Position numbers and translations under genes: made by a program. Below are positions 9,173 through 20,146 of a DNA stretch of 32,177 nt, piece by piece. Below the pieces are notes generated by a model. The model searched no databases. It was given only the letters and a program-made list of their open reading frames with translations, and was not told where the DNA came from. The stretch lies in the sequence record SRR16203515_7748, one strand, 5' to 3'. Within the stretch, counting starts at the first letter, position 1, and the number at the start of each line of letters is the position of its first letter.

Positions 9173-10303
9173 TTAGCCTAGGACAGTGTCCAAAACGCGG
9201 CTCAGGCGGGCGACGGTCCCATCAACATTATACAGTTTGTCTAACCCGAATAGGCCCAAACGGAATGTCATGAACCCTTCAGGCTCATCACAGGCCAAGG
9301 GCACACCGGCAGCGATTTGCATGCCTTCTGCTGCGAACTTTGATCCATTTTGGATGGATGGATCGCCTGTATAGCTGACAACAACGCCTGGTGCACCAAA
9401 ACCATCGGCAGCCACGGATTGAATGCCTTTGGCTTTTAGAATGTCACGAACACGGTTGCCCAATTCCCATTGCGCATCACACAGTTTATCAAACCCATAT
9501 TCCTTGGTTTCCAACATTGTGTCGCGGAACGCACGCAAGGCGTCTGTTGGCATTGTAGCGTGATAGGCATGCCCCCCATTTTCATAGGTTTGCATGATGG
9601 AGTACCATTTTTTCAAATCTATCGCAAAGCTGTCTGAATCTGTGCTGTCCAAGCGTTGGACGGCGCGTTCGGACATCATCACCAAACCTGCAGAGGGGGA
9701 GGCAGACCAACCTTTTTGCGGGGCCGAAATCAAAACATCAACACCTGTCGCCTTCATATCAACCCAGGCACACCCCGACGCGATGCAGTCCAAGACCATA
9801 ATCGCGCCCACATCATGCGCAGCGCGTGCCAATGCCGTGACATACTCATCCGGTAGAATGACACCTGCTGACGTTTCCACATGCGGTGCAAAAACCACTT
9901 CGGGACGCAGTTCGTGAATACGCGCCACAACATCTTCGATTGCGGCCGGGCGGAACGGTTCTTGTGCGCCATTGCCTGTGCGACGTGCCTTCATCACCTC
10001 GACATCTGCGGCGATGGATGAGGTTTCAAAAATCTGGCTCCAACGATAGGAAAACCACCCATTCCGCACGACCAGTACTTTTGCGTCGCGGCCAAATTGA
10101 CGGGCGACTGCCTCCATCCCATATGTTCCGCCACCCGGGATCAGGGCAGTTGCATCGGCGTTATACACCTCTTTCAACATGCCAGAGATATCGGTCATCA
10201 CCGACTGAAAAGATTTCGACATATGGTTTAGGGAACGGTCCGTAAAGACCACGGAAAATTCTTCTAGCCCCTCAGGGTCGATATGTTCAAGCAGCGCCGC
10301 CAT
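9173..10303 (-). CDS. Class V PLP-dependent aminotransferase (alanine-glyoxylate/serine-pyruvate-like)
   Basis: PGGGTYGMEA, HVETSAG, LDCIAS, SAPQKG (PLP lysine), FRLG. RBS AGGAGG. Confidence 0.9.
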   Translation of the reverse strand: MAALLEHIDPEGLEEFSVVFTDRSLNHMSKSFQSVMTDISGMLKEVYNADATALIPGGGTYGMEAVARQFGRDAKVLVVRNGWFSYRWSQIFETSSIAADVEVMKARRTGNGAQEPFRPAAIEDVVARIHELRPEVVFAPHVETSAGVILPDEYVTALARAAHDVGAIMVLDCIASGCAWVDMKATGVDVLISAPQKGWSASPSAGLVMMSERAVQRLDSTDSDSFAIDLKKWYSIMQTYENGGHAYHATMPTDALRAFRDTMLETKEYGFDKLCDAQWELGNRVRDILKAKGIQSVAADGFGAPGVVVSYTGDPSIQNGSKFAAEGMQIAAGVPLACDEPEGFMTFRLGLFGLDKLYNVDGTVARLSRVLDTVLG

Positions 10304-10349
10304 CGTGGCCTCCTATATGATCGTTAAATCGTGTTTGTCTGCACAATAG

Positions 10350-10378
10350 AGATTAACCTGAATTCCCCCATGCGACAA
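10350..10378 (-). promoter_or_regulatory. Putative sigma70 promoter of the aminotransferase
   Basis: Minus strand TTGTCG-N17-TAATCT. Confidence 0.5.
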
Positions 10379-10390
10379 ATACTCCCTTCG

Positions 10391-10843
10391 CTAAATTGGT
10401 CCGGGGCGTTTTTCTTCACTCAACAGAACGTTCGCTTCTAAATCCCCCACACCCGGTAGGGTCATGATGCGGCGGCGCAATACCCGTTCAAAATCGGAAA
10501 TATCGCGCGCAACAACACGCAGTCGATAATCATATAGCCCCAACACATGTTCGATTTGCTGCACTTCTGGGATCGCCTTTACCGCGCGTTCAAAATCTTC
10601 AAGGCTAACTCGGCCCTTGGTGGCAAGTTTGATGCCCAAGAATACAGTGACACCCAACCCAAGTTTTTCGCGATTTAAATTCAGGGCCACACCTTTGATC
10701 ACGCCCTCTTCTTTCAGTCGCTTGATCCGTCGCCAAATTGCAGGTTGTGACATATCCAGATTTTTGGCCAATGCCGCCGCACTCTGATCCGCGTCCTGTT
10801 GTAATAGGCGCAACAGCGCGCGGTCTGTTTCATCCAAGATCAT
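10391..10843 (-). CDS. Lrp/AsnC-family transcriptional regulator
   Basis: LDETDRALLRLLQQDA-HTH-RRIKRLKEEGVI; RAM domain IPEV...HVLGLYDYRLRVVARD. Confidence 0.93.
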   Translation of the reverse strand: MILDETDRALLRLLQQDADQSAAALAKNLDMSQPAIWRRIKRLKEEGVIKGVALNLNREKLGLGVTVFLGIKLATKGRVSLEDFERAVKAIPEVQQIEHVLGLYDYRLRVVARDISDFERVLRRRIMTLPGVGDLEANVLLSEEKRPGPI

Positions 10844-11295
10844 ATCGGCACCCCCGCGTTGGTTTTGATCCGCGCAACATGCATCAATGCCTCAACCTCA
10901 GCGATGTGGGGCAATGTTAGAATGCGATCACGATAGACCTGTTGATAATCAGCCATATCCCGCGCCACGACAGACAGACGTACGTCCACACGGCCCAAGA
11001 ACGTTTGAATTTCGATCACTTCTGGCACATCCCGCGCCGCGTCAATAAAGGCGTCGAAAGCGCGTGGTTGCGTTTTGTCCAATGTTACGCGCAGGGACAC
11101 CTCAACTTCGTACCCAAGCGCGGCCCAATCGATAAGGACCGTTTTGCTGACAATGGTCTCGTCACTGCGCATCCGAGACAAACGCCGCGATACAACCGAT
11201 GGCGTTGTTGCCGCGCGTTCCGCCAAATCCGAGAGAGGCATATCAGGTTCGGCCTGAAGATAGCGCAGAATGCGCCGATCAAGATCATCAAGCAT
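10840..11295 (-). CDS. Lrp/AsnC-family transcriptional regulator
   Basis: LDDLDRRILRYLQ-HTH; VPEV...TFLGRVDVRLSVVARD. ATGA overlap with the downstream Lrp gene. Confidence 0.93.
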   Translation of the reverse strand: MLDDLDRRILRYLQAEPDMPLSDLAERAATTPSVVSRRLSRMRSDETIVSKTVLIDWAALGYEVEVSLRVTLDKTQPRAFDAFIDAARDVPEVIEIQTFLGRVDVRLSVVARDMADYQQVYRDRILTLPHIAEVEALMHVARIKTNAGVPI

Positions 11296-11371
11296 GATTA
11301 CTTCGTATTTTCCGTGATTATGAATGATAATTTCATAAATTAATCTATTTACGCGAATTTAGAAAGCCTAA

Positions 11372-12445
<1,074 letters not shown>

Positions 12446-12455
12446 ATTACGTATT

Positions 12456-12483
12456 GGGGGCCAATTTGGCCCCCGAAACTTTT
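12456..12483 (+). terminator. Hairpin downstream of ilvC, likely a (leaky) terminator
   Basis: GGGGGCCAA-T-TTGGCCCCC inverted repeat; the T tract is short and displaced (GAAACTTTT). Confidence 0.55.
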
Positions 12484-12497
12484 AAGAGCACTGATAT

Positions 12498-13406
12498 ATG
12501 CAACCTGACATCACTTGGCGAAATTGGTTAATGGTTGCGGCACTTGGGCTTATTTGGGGCTCAAGCTTCATGGTGGTTGAAGTCGCGCTGACAGGAATTT
12601 CGCCTTTTTGGCTTGCGTCGTCTCGGGTTACCTTTGGAACAATCCTAACAGTCTTGGTGTGGATGATATCAGGCAGGCGTTTTTTTCTTACGAACAAAAC
12701 CGCATGGCCCAGCATCGTCGCCATTGGCGTGCTGAGCTCAGCCCTCCCCTTTTCCCTGCTTAGCTGGGGACAGACGCATGTGGAATCGGGATTTGCGGGC
12801 GTTTCAATGGCGTCCATTGCACTGCTTGTTCTGCCACTTTCGCATTTCTTTGTACCTGGCGAACTAATGACACTGCGCCGCACAATTGGATTTTTGATCG
12901 GCTTTGGCGGTGTCGCTCTGTTGATCGGACCAGAGGCGCTTGCCCCCAGCGGTAGTGACATGGAACTCTGGGGGCGTGTGTTTTGCGTGTTGGCGGCATC
13001 CTGTTATGCCATTTCGTCGGTTATCATTCGTCGCCTACCTCCGATTGACCCACTGGGTCTTGCGGCGATCCCGCTGATCATTGGGTCGATCACGTCGCTG
13101 TGCTTTGCACTGACTGTCGAGGGGCCACCGCCTGCGATTTCGACAGATACACTTTGGATTATTTTATACTTGGGCTTGGTCCCAACAGCGGGGGCAAATT
13201 TGTTGCGCATATTAACGATCCGCTCGGCAGGGCCCGTGTTTATGAGCCTGACAAATTATCAGGTGCCGCTATGGTCCGTGATTTTGGGGATCGTTATTTT
13301 GGGCGAAGCGCCGCGCCAAAATCTATTCCTGGCGATGACGCTGATCCTGATTGGGCTGTGCCTAAGCCAATATGGCGCGTTGAAACGCCTATTTCGACCC
13401 GAATAA
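12498..13406 (+). CDS. DMT/EamA-family transporter
   Basis: About ten hydrophobic segments; LIWGSSF, SALPF.LLSWGQ, ILGE. Confidence 0.9.
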   Translation: MQPDITWRNWLMVAALGLIWGSSFMVVEVALTGISPFWLASSRVTFGTILTVLVWMISGRRFFLTNKTAWPSIVAIGVLSSALPFSLLSWGQTHVESGFAGVSMASIALLVLPLSHFFVPGELMTLRRTIGFLIGFGGVALLIGPEALAPSGSDMELWGRVFCVLAASCYAISSVIIRRLPPIDPLGLAAIPLIIGSITSLCFALTVEGPPPAISTDTLWIILYLGLVPTAGANLLRILTIRSAGPVFMSLTNYQVPLWSVILGIVILGEAPRQNLFLAMTLILIGLCLSQYGALKRLFRPE

Positions 13407-13435
13407 AAACATGCCGCGGGCAATCGCGCAGCGAT

Positions 13436-14782
13436 TTAACGCGTCGCTTCTTCCACAGATGCAACAACCGTATCCACCGTTTCTTCTAACAATGCGGCGT
13501 CTTCACATTCTGCCATCACACGGATCAGGGGTTCGGTCCCTGATTTACGGATCAAAAGGCGTCCTTTTCCGTCCAGTTGCGCCTCGGCATTGGCGATTGA
13601 GGCCTGTACTGCGGGTATCTCAAGCGGGGTTTGACCCGCCTGATAGCGCACGTTTTTCAACAACTGCGGAACGGGGGTAAAGGTATTTGCAAGCGTGCTC
13701 GCCTTTTTCCCCGAGCGCACCATTTCCGCCAAAAACTGTAGCCCCGCCATCAGACCATCACCCGTTGTAGAATAATCCGTCATCACAATGTGACCCGATT
13801 GTTCCCCACCGAGGTTGAAACCACCCTGACGCATCCGTTCAACCACATACCGATCGCCCACTGCCGTGCGTTCCAGCGTGATGCCCAAACCGTTCAAGAA
13901 CCGTTCCAACCCAAGGTTTGACATGACGGTGGCGACCAGTGCATTGCCCGCCAATCGCCCTTCTGCGGCCCAATCAGCGGCCATCAAACCCATCAGTTGA
14001 TCGCCATCTGCAACCTGACCTTTTTCATCAACCAAAATGATCCGATCCGCGTCCCCATCCAAACAAATCGCCAAATCCGCCCCATGGGCGACAACGGTTT
14101 CTGCCGCGGTTTGGGGATGTGTTGATCCACAGTTTTCATTGATATTGCGCCCATTCGGGGACACACCAACGGGAATGACATCCGCCCCCAATTCCCATAA
14201 CACCTCAGGCGCTGCACGATAGGCCGCGCCATTGGCGCAATCCACAACCACCTTCATCCCATCAAGTCGCATCCCCGTCGGGAACGAGGATTTTGCACGT
14301 TCCACATAGCGATACATACCATCGTCAATCCGCTGTGCCCCCCCAATACTCTCCACATCGTTTAACCCGACACCTTCGTCGATCAGGCGTTCAATTTCTT
14401 CTTCGGCATCATCGGATAATTTAAATCCATCAGGACCAAAGAATTTGATCCCATTGTCGTGATAGGCATTGTGGCTTGCCGAAATCATGATACCAAAATC
14501 CGCACGCATGGAGGGGGTTAACAAACCAACCGCAGGTGTTGGGACAGGCCCCAGCAACAATACCTCCATTCCTGTCGAAGTCAGACCAGCCGTCAGTGCA
14601 TTTTCAAACATATACCCCGAACGCCGTGTATCTTTGCCGATCACCACACGGTGCGTGCGATCCGAAAAACGCCGAAAATAATGCCCAGCAGCAGTCCCAA
14701 TTTTTAACGCCATCTCAGCCGTCATTGGATGTTGATTGGCACGTCCTCTGACACCGTCAGTTCCAAAATATTTATGTCCCAT
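13436..14782 (-). CDS. glmM: Phosphoglucosamine mutase
   Basis: [16 protein letters not shown] (phospho-Ser), [25 protein letters not shown]. Start is 14782 or 14785. Confidence 0.98.
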   Translation of the reverse strand: MGHKYFGTDGVRGRANQHPMTAEMALKIGTAAGHYFRRFSDRTHRVVIGKDTRRSGYMFENALTAGLTSTGMEVLLLGPVPTPAVGLLTPSMRADFGIMISASHNAYHDNGIKFFGPDGFKLSDDAEEEIERLIDEGVGLNDVESIGGAQRIDDGMYRYVERAKSSFPTGMRLDGMKVVVDCANGAAYRAAPEVLWELGADVIPVGVSPNGRNINENCGSTHPQTAAETVVAHGADLAICLDGDADRIILVDEKGQVADGDQLMGLMAADWAAEGRLAGNALVATVMSNLGLERFLNGLGITLERTAVGDRYVVERMRQGGFNLGGEQSGHIVMTDYSTTGDGLMAGLQFLAEMVRSGKKASTLANTFTPVPQLLKNVRYQAGQTPLEIPAVQASIANAEAQLDGKGRLLIRKSGTEPLIRVMAECEDAALLEETVDTVVASVEEATR

Positions 14783-15788
14783 CAAAATGCCCCTGCTCTA
14801 CTGCTTCAAATAAATCAAACGCCTGTTTGGTTTCAGACACGTCATGGACGCGGAAAATCTGAACACCTTGGGCACGCGCGGCCAAGGCAACGGCGATAGA
14901 TCCTGGTGCACGATCTGCGGCGCGCTCTGCGCCCGATATGGTTTTAATCATGCCCTTGCGCGATACGCCCAACAAAATTGGAACTCCCAGACCGTGAAAC
15001 ACGCCAATGTGTTTTAGCAGTTCTAAATTGTGTGACAGCGTTTTGCCAAACCCAATCCCTGGGTCCGCAATAATTTGCCGACGTTCAAGGCCCAATTGTT
15101 TCAGTCGCGCGATCTGCTGTTCCAAAAAATCATACACATCCAGAACAACATTATCGTACTTTGGATTATCCTGCATGGTTTTGGGATCACCCTGCGCATG
15201 CATAATGCAAACTGGGATATTTTGCGCCGCGCAATATGGTGCCAAGTCAGGATCAAACATAAATCCCGATACATCATTCACAATATGTGCGCCCGCCTCA
15301 ATCGCCGCACGCGCCACGGCGGCCTTGCGGGTATCAATCGACATGGGCACAGAGAGGACAGAGGCAAGTTTGTTGATCTTGGGCGCTGTGCGGGCAATTT
15401 CCTCGTCAATCTCGACATAGTCTGCACCTGGGCGCGTGGACTCACCGCCGACATCAATCAAATCTGCGCCCTGATTTTGCATCAGTTTGCCATGACGTTC
15501 AGCCGCCTCAAGTGCATTAAATTGACCCCCATCAGAAAAGCTATCGGGGGTGGCATTTAAAATTCCCATGATAATGGGTTTGTTAAACACCAAACCATGG
15601 ATATCCGCCCGTGGGTAGGTCAGACGCGTGACTTCATCGTGGCTAAGATCATGCGCAGAAATGCGGCGCGCATCGCCGTCGCGCGCATAAACAGCGCATT
15701 CTTTGAACCAATAGCTCGGATCGCAGAAATTTACGGCATCCTTGGGGCGGTCAGAGCCGCGTTGCAAGAGGGGGCGCAGATAACGCAT
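14772..15788 (-). CDS. folP: Dihydropteroate synthase
   Basis: [46 protein letters not shown]. Has an N-terminal extension of about 65 aa. Confidence 0.97.
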   Translation of the reverse strand: MRYLRPLLQRGSDRPKDAVNFCDPSYWFKECAVYARDGDARRISAHDLSHDEVTRLTYPRADIHGLVFNKPIIMGILNATPDSFSDGGQFNALEAAERHGKLMQNQGADLIDVGGESTRPGADYVEIDEEIARTAPKINKLASVLSVPMSIDTRKAAVARAAIEAGAHIVNDVSGFMFDPDLAPYCAAQNIPVCIMHAQGDPKTMQDNPKYDNVVLDVYDFLEQQIARLKQLGLERRQIIADPGIGFGKTLSHNLELLKHIGVFHGLGVPILLGVSRKGMIKTISGAERAADRAPGSIAVALAARAQGVQIFRVHDVSETKQAFDLFEAVEQGHFDGT

Positions 15789-15800
15789 TCAGGAATGCTC

Positions 15801-16718
15801 CTATCGACACAGGGCCGAAATATCAAAATCACTGATTGATTGCAGGCTGTTCACACCATCCACAGTTTCAGCACCCACCAAGGAACAAGATTTGGCGTCC
15901 AATTCATGCCCCAACCAAATGGCCAGTGACGCTGGCGCATAACTTTCGAATGTATCTGTCGCATCCATAACCATTTTGGTGGGTGCCCAAATGGCCAAAC
16001 GGTTGTTTTTGATCGCCCAGTCCAATTCGGTGCGTGTTGCAACCACATCACAGTGATCAGAATGCGCCGCAATCATCCACGCATTTTGTTCCACGGACAG
16101 CAAATCAATATGCGCCTGTGCAATGGGATCGCTGGTAAAGATGCGCGGTCCTTCGACGGCCTCGACACACACAACAACGGCTGCATTTTGCGCATGTAAT
16201 CTCGACAGCAGATCCGAAACATCCTGCCCCTCTAACGCCGAATTTGCAACGAACACAATGTTTGGATGCGCCGCTTCTGGTTCGGCAACGGGGGCATATC
16301 CACGCCCGCCCCGCACAATTTCAACACCCAAGGCACCCGGGCCGCGATCCAGTTTTTCAATACGAATAAAAACACGAATGGCCTGAGGTTCCAACAAAAT
16401 GCGATCAGCAATGCGTTGCGCCAGAGTTTCCAATAGGTTCAACCGTTCCGCACCCAGTTCAATTGCAATCGCCTCGGTCAGGCGATCATAGGACAAGATA
16501 CGATCCACATCGTCCAAGATCGGTTGTTCGATTGGCTGCACCTCGACCACAATATTGAAACTGACCCGCTGGGTCACACCACGCTCTAACTGGAAAGCGC
16601 CGATTTCAACTTCGACAATATGATCGCGTAACGAAATACGATCGTATCGCGTTGAAATTGAACTGGCTTTTGCACGTTCAAGCGGATGGGCAAATGCCAA
16701 TCTGGTTTCATCATTCAT
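15801..16718 (-). CDS. folB: Dihydroneopterin aldolase with a large C-terminal extra domain
   Basis: DRISLRD, IGAFQLER...QRV, LSYD, NLLETLA, RIEKL...GVEIVR in residues ~25-137, then ~160 extra residues. Directly upstream of folP. Confidence 0.85.
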   Translation of the reverse strand: MNDETRLAFAHPLERAKASSISTRYDRISLRDHIVEVEIGAFQLERGVTQRVSFNIVVEVQPIEQPILDDVDRILSYDRLTEAIAIELGAERLNLLETLAQRIADRILLEPQAIRVFIRIEKLDRGPGALGVEIVRGGRGYAPVAEPEAAHPNIVFVANSALEGQDVSDLLSRLHAQNAAVVVCVEAVEGPRIFTSDPIAQAHIDLLSVEQNAWMIAAHSDHCDVVATRTELDWAIKNNRLAIWAPTKMVMDATDTFESYAPASLAIWLGHELDAKSCSLVGAETVDGVNSLQSISDFDISALCR

Positions 16719-16785
16719 GGGTTGGCTCCTATGCCCAATCTTCGCACAGGTTTTGCAGTTTTTTTACCGCCGCGTCTAGTGTGAA

Positions 16786-17409
16786 TTAGTTTTGCGAAAC
16801 GCGCACTGGTTTCTTATAGAAATGGTGAAACCCAATGATTGCAGTGCGTTCAAAAACGCGGGCCCAACGTGGGCGCACGGCCTTTGTATGATAAAATGTC
16901 GCCCCATCCGTTAATGTGCGCGGCATGCCTTCCATCACCATTTTTGCAACCTTGCCCACCATTTCATAGGCCTTTGGTTCGCGGATCACTTCGGCGCGTC
17001 CATCACAGGTATAGGTGAATTGACAGGCGAATTTTCGGCCCGTGCCCTGATTGATCACACCACAGATGGTGTCAGGGAAGGAAGGGCTACTCACACGGTT
17101 TAGGATAACCTCGGCCACGGCAAATTGGCCCTTCACAGTTTCACCACGCGCTTCAAAATACAGCGCTTCGGTTAAACAGGCCCATTCTTTGCCGCCTTTT
17201 GCCACAGGCAAACTGCGCATATACACCTTGGAATACACACCTGCATCCGTCTTGGGGGCGTTAACTGGGCCAAGATCGCGATGAGGCAGGGCGGCGAATT
17301 TTTGCTGATCAAGGCGCATCAAACCCATAATTGGGTCAAGTGAGCGTTCGGCATAGGCATGGGTTGCAAGGACGAATATAGCCACAAAACATGAAATCAG
17401 ACGTGTCAT
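16786..17409 (-). CDS. Cell wall hydrolase, SleB/Hydrolase_2 family, with signal peptide
   Basis: CLTEALYFEARGE (catalytic Glu), VILNRV, CQFTYTCDG, GATFYH, PRWA, IGFHHFY. Confidence 0.92.
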   Translation of the reverse strand: MTRLISCFVAIFVLATHAYAERSLDPIMGLMRLDQQKFAALPHRDLGPVNAPKTDAGVYSKVYMRSLPVAKGGKEWACLTEALYFEARGETVKGQFAVAEVILNRVSSPSFPDTICGVINQGTGRKFACQFTYTCDGRAEVIREPKAYEMVGKVAKMVMEGMPRTLTDGATFYHTKAVRPRWARVFERTAIIGFHHFYKKPVRVSQN

Positions 17410-17521
17410 TTTGGTGTTTCACTCACTCGCACAAAATATGCGTTTTCGGATGTCCCTCGGTTAATCATGCACTCTATGCATGACGAATGGTTGCGCCACT
17501 CCCCGACTGTTGGGCGTGGGT

Positions 17522-20062
17522 TTAGCCTGTTTTGCTTGCAATGGCAAGTTGCGCTGCAGCAAGCTTTGCAACTGGGACACGGAACGGGGAACAAGATACA
17601 TAATCCATTCCAATCTGACGACAAAATGCGATGGATTCCGGGCTACCCCCATGTTCCCCACAAATCGACAAAACGATTTCGGGATCAACCTGTCGCGCAC
17701 GATCAACCCCGATCCGCAATAATTCCCCCACCCCTTCTGTATCTAGGGTGTGGAACGGATCCTCTGGAAACACGCCTTGGTTCACATAGTCTGACATAAA
17801 GCGCCCCGCATCATCACGCGACAAACCATAGGTCATTTGTGTTAAGTCGTTTGTACCAAAGCTTAAAAACGCCGAATGCTGCGCAATATCATCTGCACGT
17901 AAGCTCGCGCGTGGCGTTTCCACCATAACCCCCAATTTATAAGTAAAATCCGTGCCGCGTTCATTGCGCACGGCGGCGGCAACCGCATCGATGCGATTGC
18001 GCACCAACTCGACCTCGCGCTTGGCACTGACCAAGGGGATCATGATTTCGGGCACAACTGGTTCGCCGTCTTGGGCGGAATCAACAGTAGCCTCAAAAAT
18101 CGCGCGCGCTTGCATTTCATATATCTCTGGCACTTTGATGCCCAATCGGACACCGCGCATTCCCAACATGGGGTTGTATTCGCCCATCGATTCGACCCGT
18201 TGTGTCACGGTGGACAGGGGCAAATCCAATGCCTCGGCAAGGTTCAACAATCCCGCACGATCTGTGGGCAAAAACTCATGCAAGGGCGGATCAAACAGGC
18301 GAATGCACACAGGCAAACCCCGCATGATGCGGAACAATTCGATGAAATCGGCCCGCTGCATCGGCAGCAAACGATCCAAAACAAAACGTCGATCATGCGC
18401 GGCATCCGCGAAAATCATTTCACGCATCACAGTCAATCGATCAACGTCAAAGAACATATGTTCCGTGCGACACAATCCAATGCCTTGTGCATCAAAATTA
18501 CGCGCGGTCTGCGCGTCCCGCGGTGTATCAGCATTTGCGCGCACGCGAATATCACAATTTTCGGCCGCCCATTTCATGAAGGTCTGAAAACTATCATCCA
18601 GTGCGGCTTCCACCATCTTTGGCTGCCCTGCCAAAACCTGACCATTCGTTCCATCAATGGTGATTATGTCGCCTTCGGCAAATGTGCGACCATCTGGGGT
18701 TGTCAGTCGTTTTTTGGATGGCTGAAATTTAATATCCGATGCCCCAACCACGCAGGGCAATCCAATGCCCCGCCCGATCACTGCCGCGTGGCTGGTCATT
18801 CCGCCGCGTTCTGTCAAAACACCCGCAGCCGCGTGCATGCCACGGATATCCTCTGGACTGGTTTCACGACGCACCAAAATACACGCCTCACCACGCGCTG
18901 CATGCGCTTGGGCCACTAGGGCGTCAAACACAATCTTACCACTGGCGGCGCCTGGGCTGGCAGCAACAGCGGTGGCCAAAACATCGCGTTTCGCCTCTGG
19001 ATCGATCTGTCGGTGCAACAATTCACCAACCGCACGTGGGTCAATGCGCATCAGCGCCTCTTGCTGCGGGATGATCCCATCTTCAGCCAGTTTAACGGCA
19101 ATCCGCATCGCGGCATTTGCGCGTCGATTGACACGAACACCATCTAAAATGAACAGTTCGCCATTTTGAATGGTAAACTCAATGTGCATTTCTTCGCGCA
19201 GGCGGTGTCGCATCAGCTTCGCCTGTTCAACCAATTTTGCAAAAATTTCAGGCTTGCTATCCTCAAGTGATGGACCGCGCGGATCATGCGCAAGGAACAA
19301 TGCCTTGCTGTGTTGTTCCAAGGCGTCGCGCCCCTGGCTTTGGCGGGCATAGCGTCCCATGATGCGCTCTTCGCCCGTATTACCATCCACCAATTGAAGG
19401 ACACCAGAACCGCTTTCCCCCAGACCAATGCCAAAGGCCATTTTTTGAACAACCAAACCCAAACCTGCGTCTGCAGGAGCACCTTTGGCTTCACGTAGCA
19501 GGCGTGCAGTTGTCCCCTCCCATGCACGCGACATTGAACGCAAAACTTCTGTCAGTTGGTCTGAAATACGCTGCGGGAATTCTTCGCCCGTTTCGTCGGA
19601 ATAGGCATGTAGTGCCGCGTCCAATGCCGCCTGATCCTGACCCTCGATATGTTCAAATGCGTCTGGGTCCAAACGGGCAACATTGATCGAATAAGATTGA
19701 ACAAACCGCAGATATAGATCAACCGCCGCCTCTCGGCCCAATTTATCGGATAATTTGACATAACGTGCATCGTTCATGCCGATGTTCAAGATCGCACTTG
19801 GACCACCCCAATCCGTACTTTCAGAGGATGGGCGCACACACAAAATATCATCCGGCGAAAACTGATTTAGGATCCTGTCCAAATCGGGTTTATGGCCTGC
19901 GGCAATGGATTTCACCATGTCAAAAGATAGGGCAACAGTCGACGGAACAGGAAGATCCAAACGTACAAGACGTTGAAGACATTTTGCGCGACCACCATGG
20001 GTTGGTGTCGCGATGGGTGCGGTTGGTGTGATCAGGTCAATCGTCGGCATATCGTGCTGCAC
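17522..20062 (-). CDS. ppdK: Pyruvate phosphate dikinase-like protein (divergent N-terminal nucleotide-binding domain)
   Basis: GGMTSHAA phospho-His, GLCRTEHMF, IRLFDPPLHEFLP, SFGTNDLTQMT, SICGEHGG, YVSCSPFRVP. Start probably GTG 20062 (or ATG 20050), because TTG 20113 overlaps a promoter-like TTGATT-N16-TATGCT. Confidence 0.88.
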   Translation of the reverse strand: MQHDMPTIDLITPTAPIATPTHGGRAKCLQRLVRLDLPVPSTVALSFDMVKSIAAGHKPDLDRILNQFSPDDILCVRPSSESTDWGGPSAILNIGMNDARYVKLSDKLGREAAVDLYLRFVQSYSINVARLDPDAFEHIEGQDQAALDAALHAYSDETGEEFPQRISDQLTEVLRSMSRAWEGTTARLLREAKGAPADAGLGLVVQKMAFGIGLGESGSGVLQLVDGNTGEERIMGRYARQSQGRDALEQHSKALFLAHDPRGPSLEDSKPEIFAKLVEQAKLMRHRLREEMHIEFTIQNGELFILDGVRVNRRANAAMRIAVKLAEDGIIPQQEALMRIDPRAVGELLHRQIDPEAKRDVLATAVAASPGAASGKIVFDALVAQAHAARGEACILVRRETSPEDIRGMHAAAGVLTERGGMTSHAAVIGRGIGLPCVVGASDIKFQPSKKRLTTPDGRTFAEGDIITIDGTNGQVLAGQPKMVEAALDDSFQTFMKWAAENCDIRVRANADTPRDAQTARNFDAQGIGLCRTEHMFFDVDRLTVMREMIFADAAHDRRFVLDRLLPMQRADFIELFRIMRGLPVCIRLFDPPLHEFLPTDRAGLLNLAEALDLPLSTVTQRVESMGEYNPMLGMRGVRLGIKVPEIYEMQARAIFEATVDSAQDGEPVVPEIMIPLVSAKREVELVRNRIDAVAAAVRNERGTDFTYKLGVMVETPRASLRADDIAQHSAFLSFGTNDLTQMTYGLSRDDAGRFMSDYVNQGVFPEDPFHTLDTEGVGELLRIGVDRARQVDPEIVLSICGEHGGSPESIAFCRQIGMDYVSCSPFRVPVAKLAAAQLAIASKTG

Positions 20063-20146
20063 TGCGGCGTTAGTCGTATCGCTGCAGCATAGCGAAGTGT
20101 GCCTATCAATCAAGAAAAAGCTGCGCGTGACGCAGGGTGAGGCAGA

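Noticed and set aside
17455..17466. TTAACC CtrA-like half site upstream of the cell wall hydrolase
   Set aside because: Only a half site; no TTAA-N7-TTAA full motif.
17952..19169. Long plus-strand ORFs (211, 282, 134 aa) opposite ppdK
   Set aside because: Antisense shadows of a conserved coding gene; no RBS or recognisable domains.
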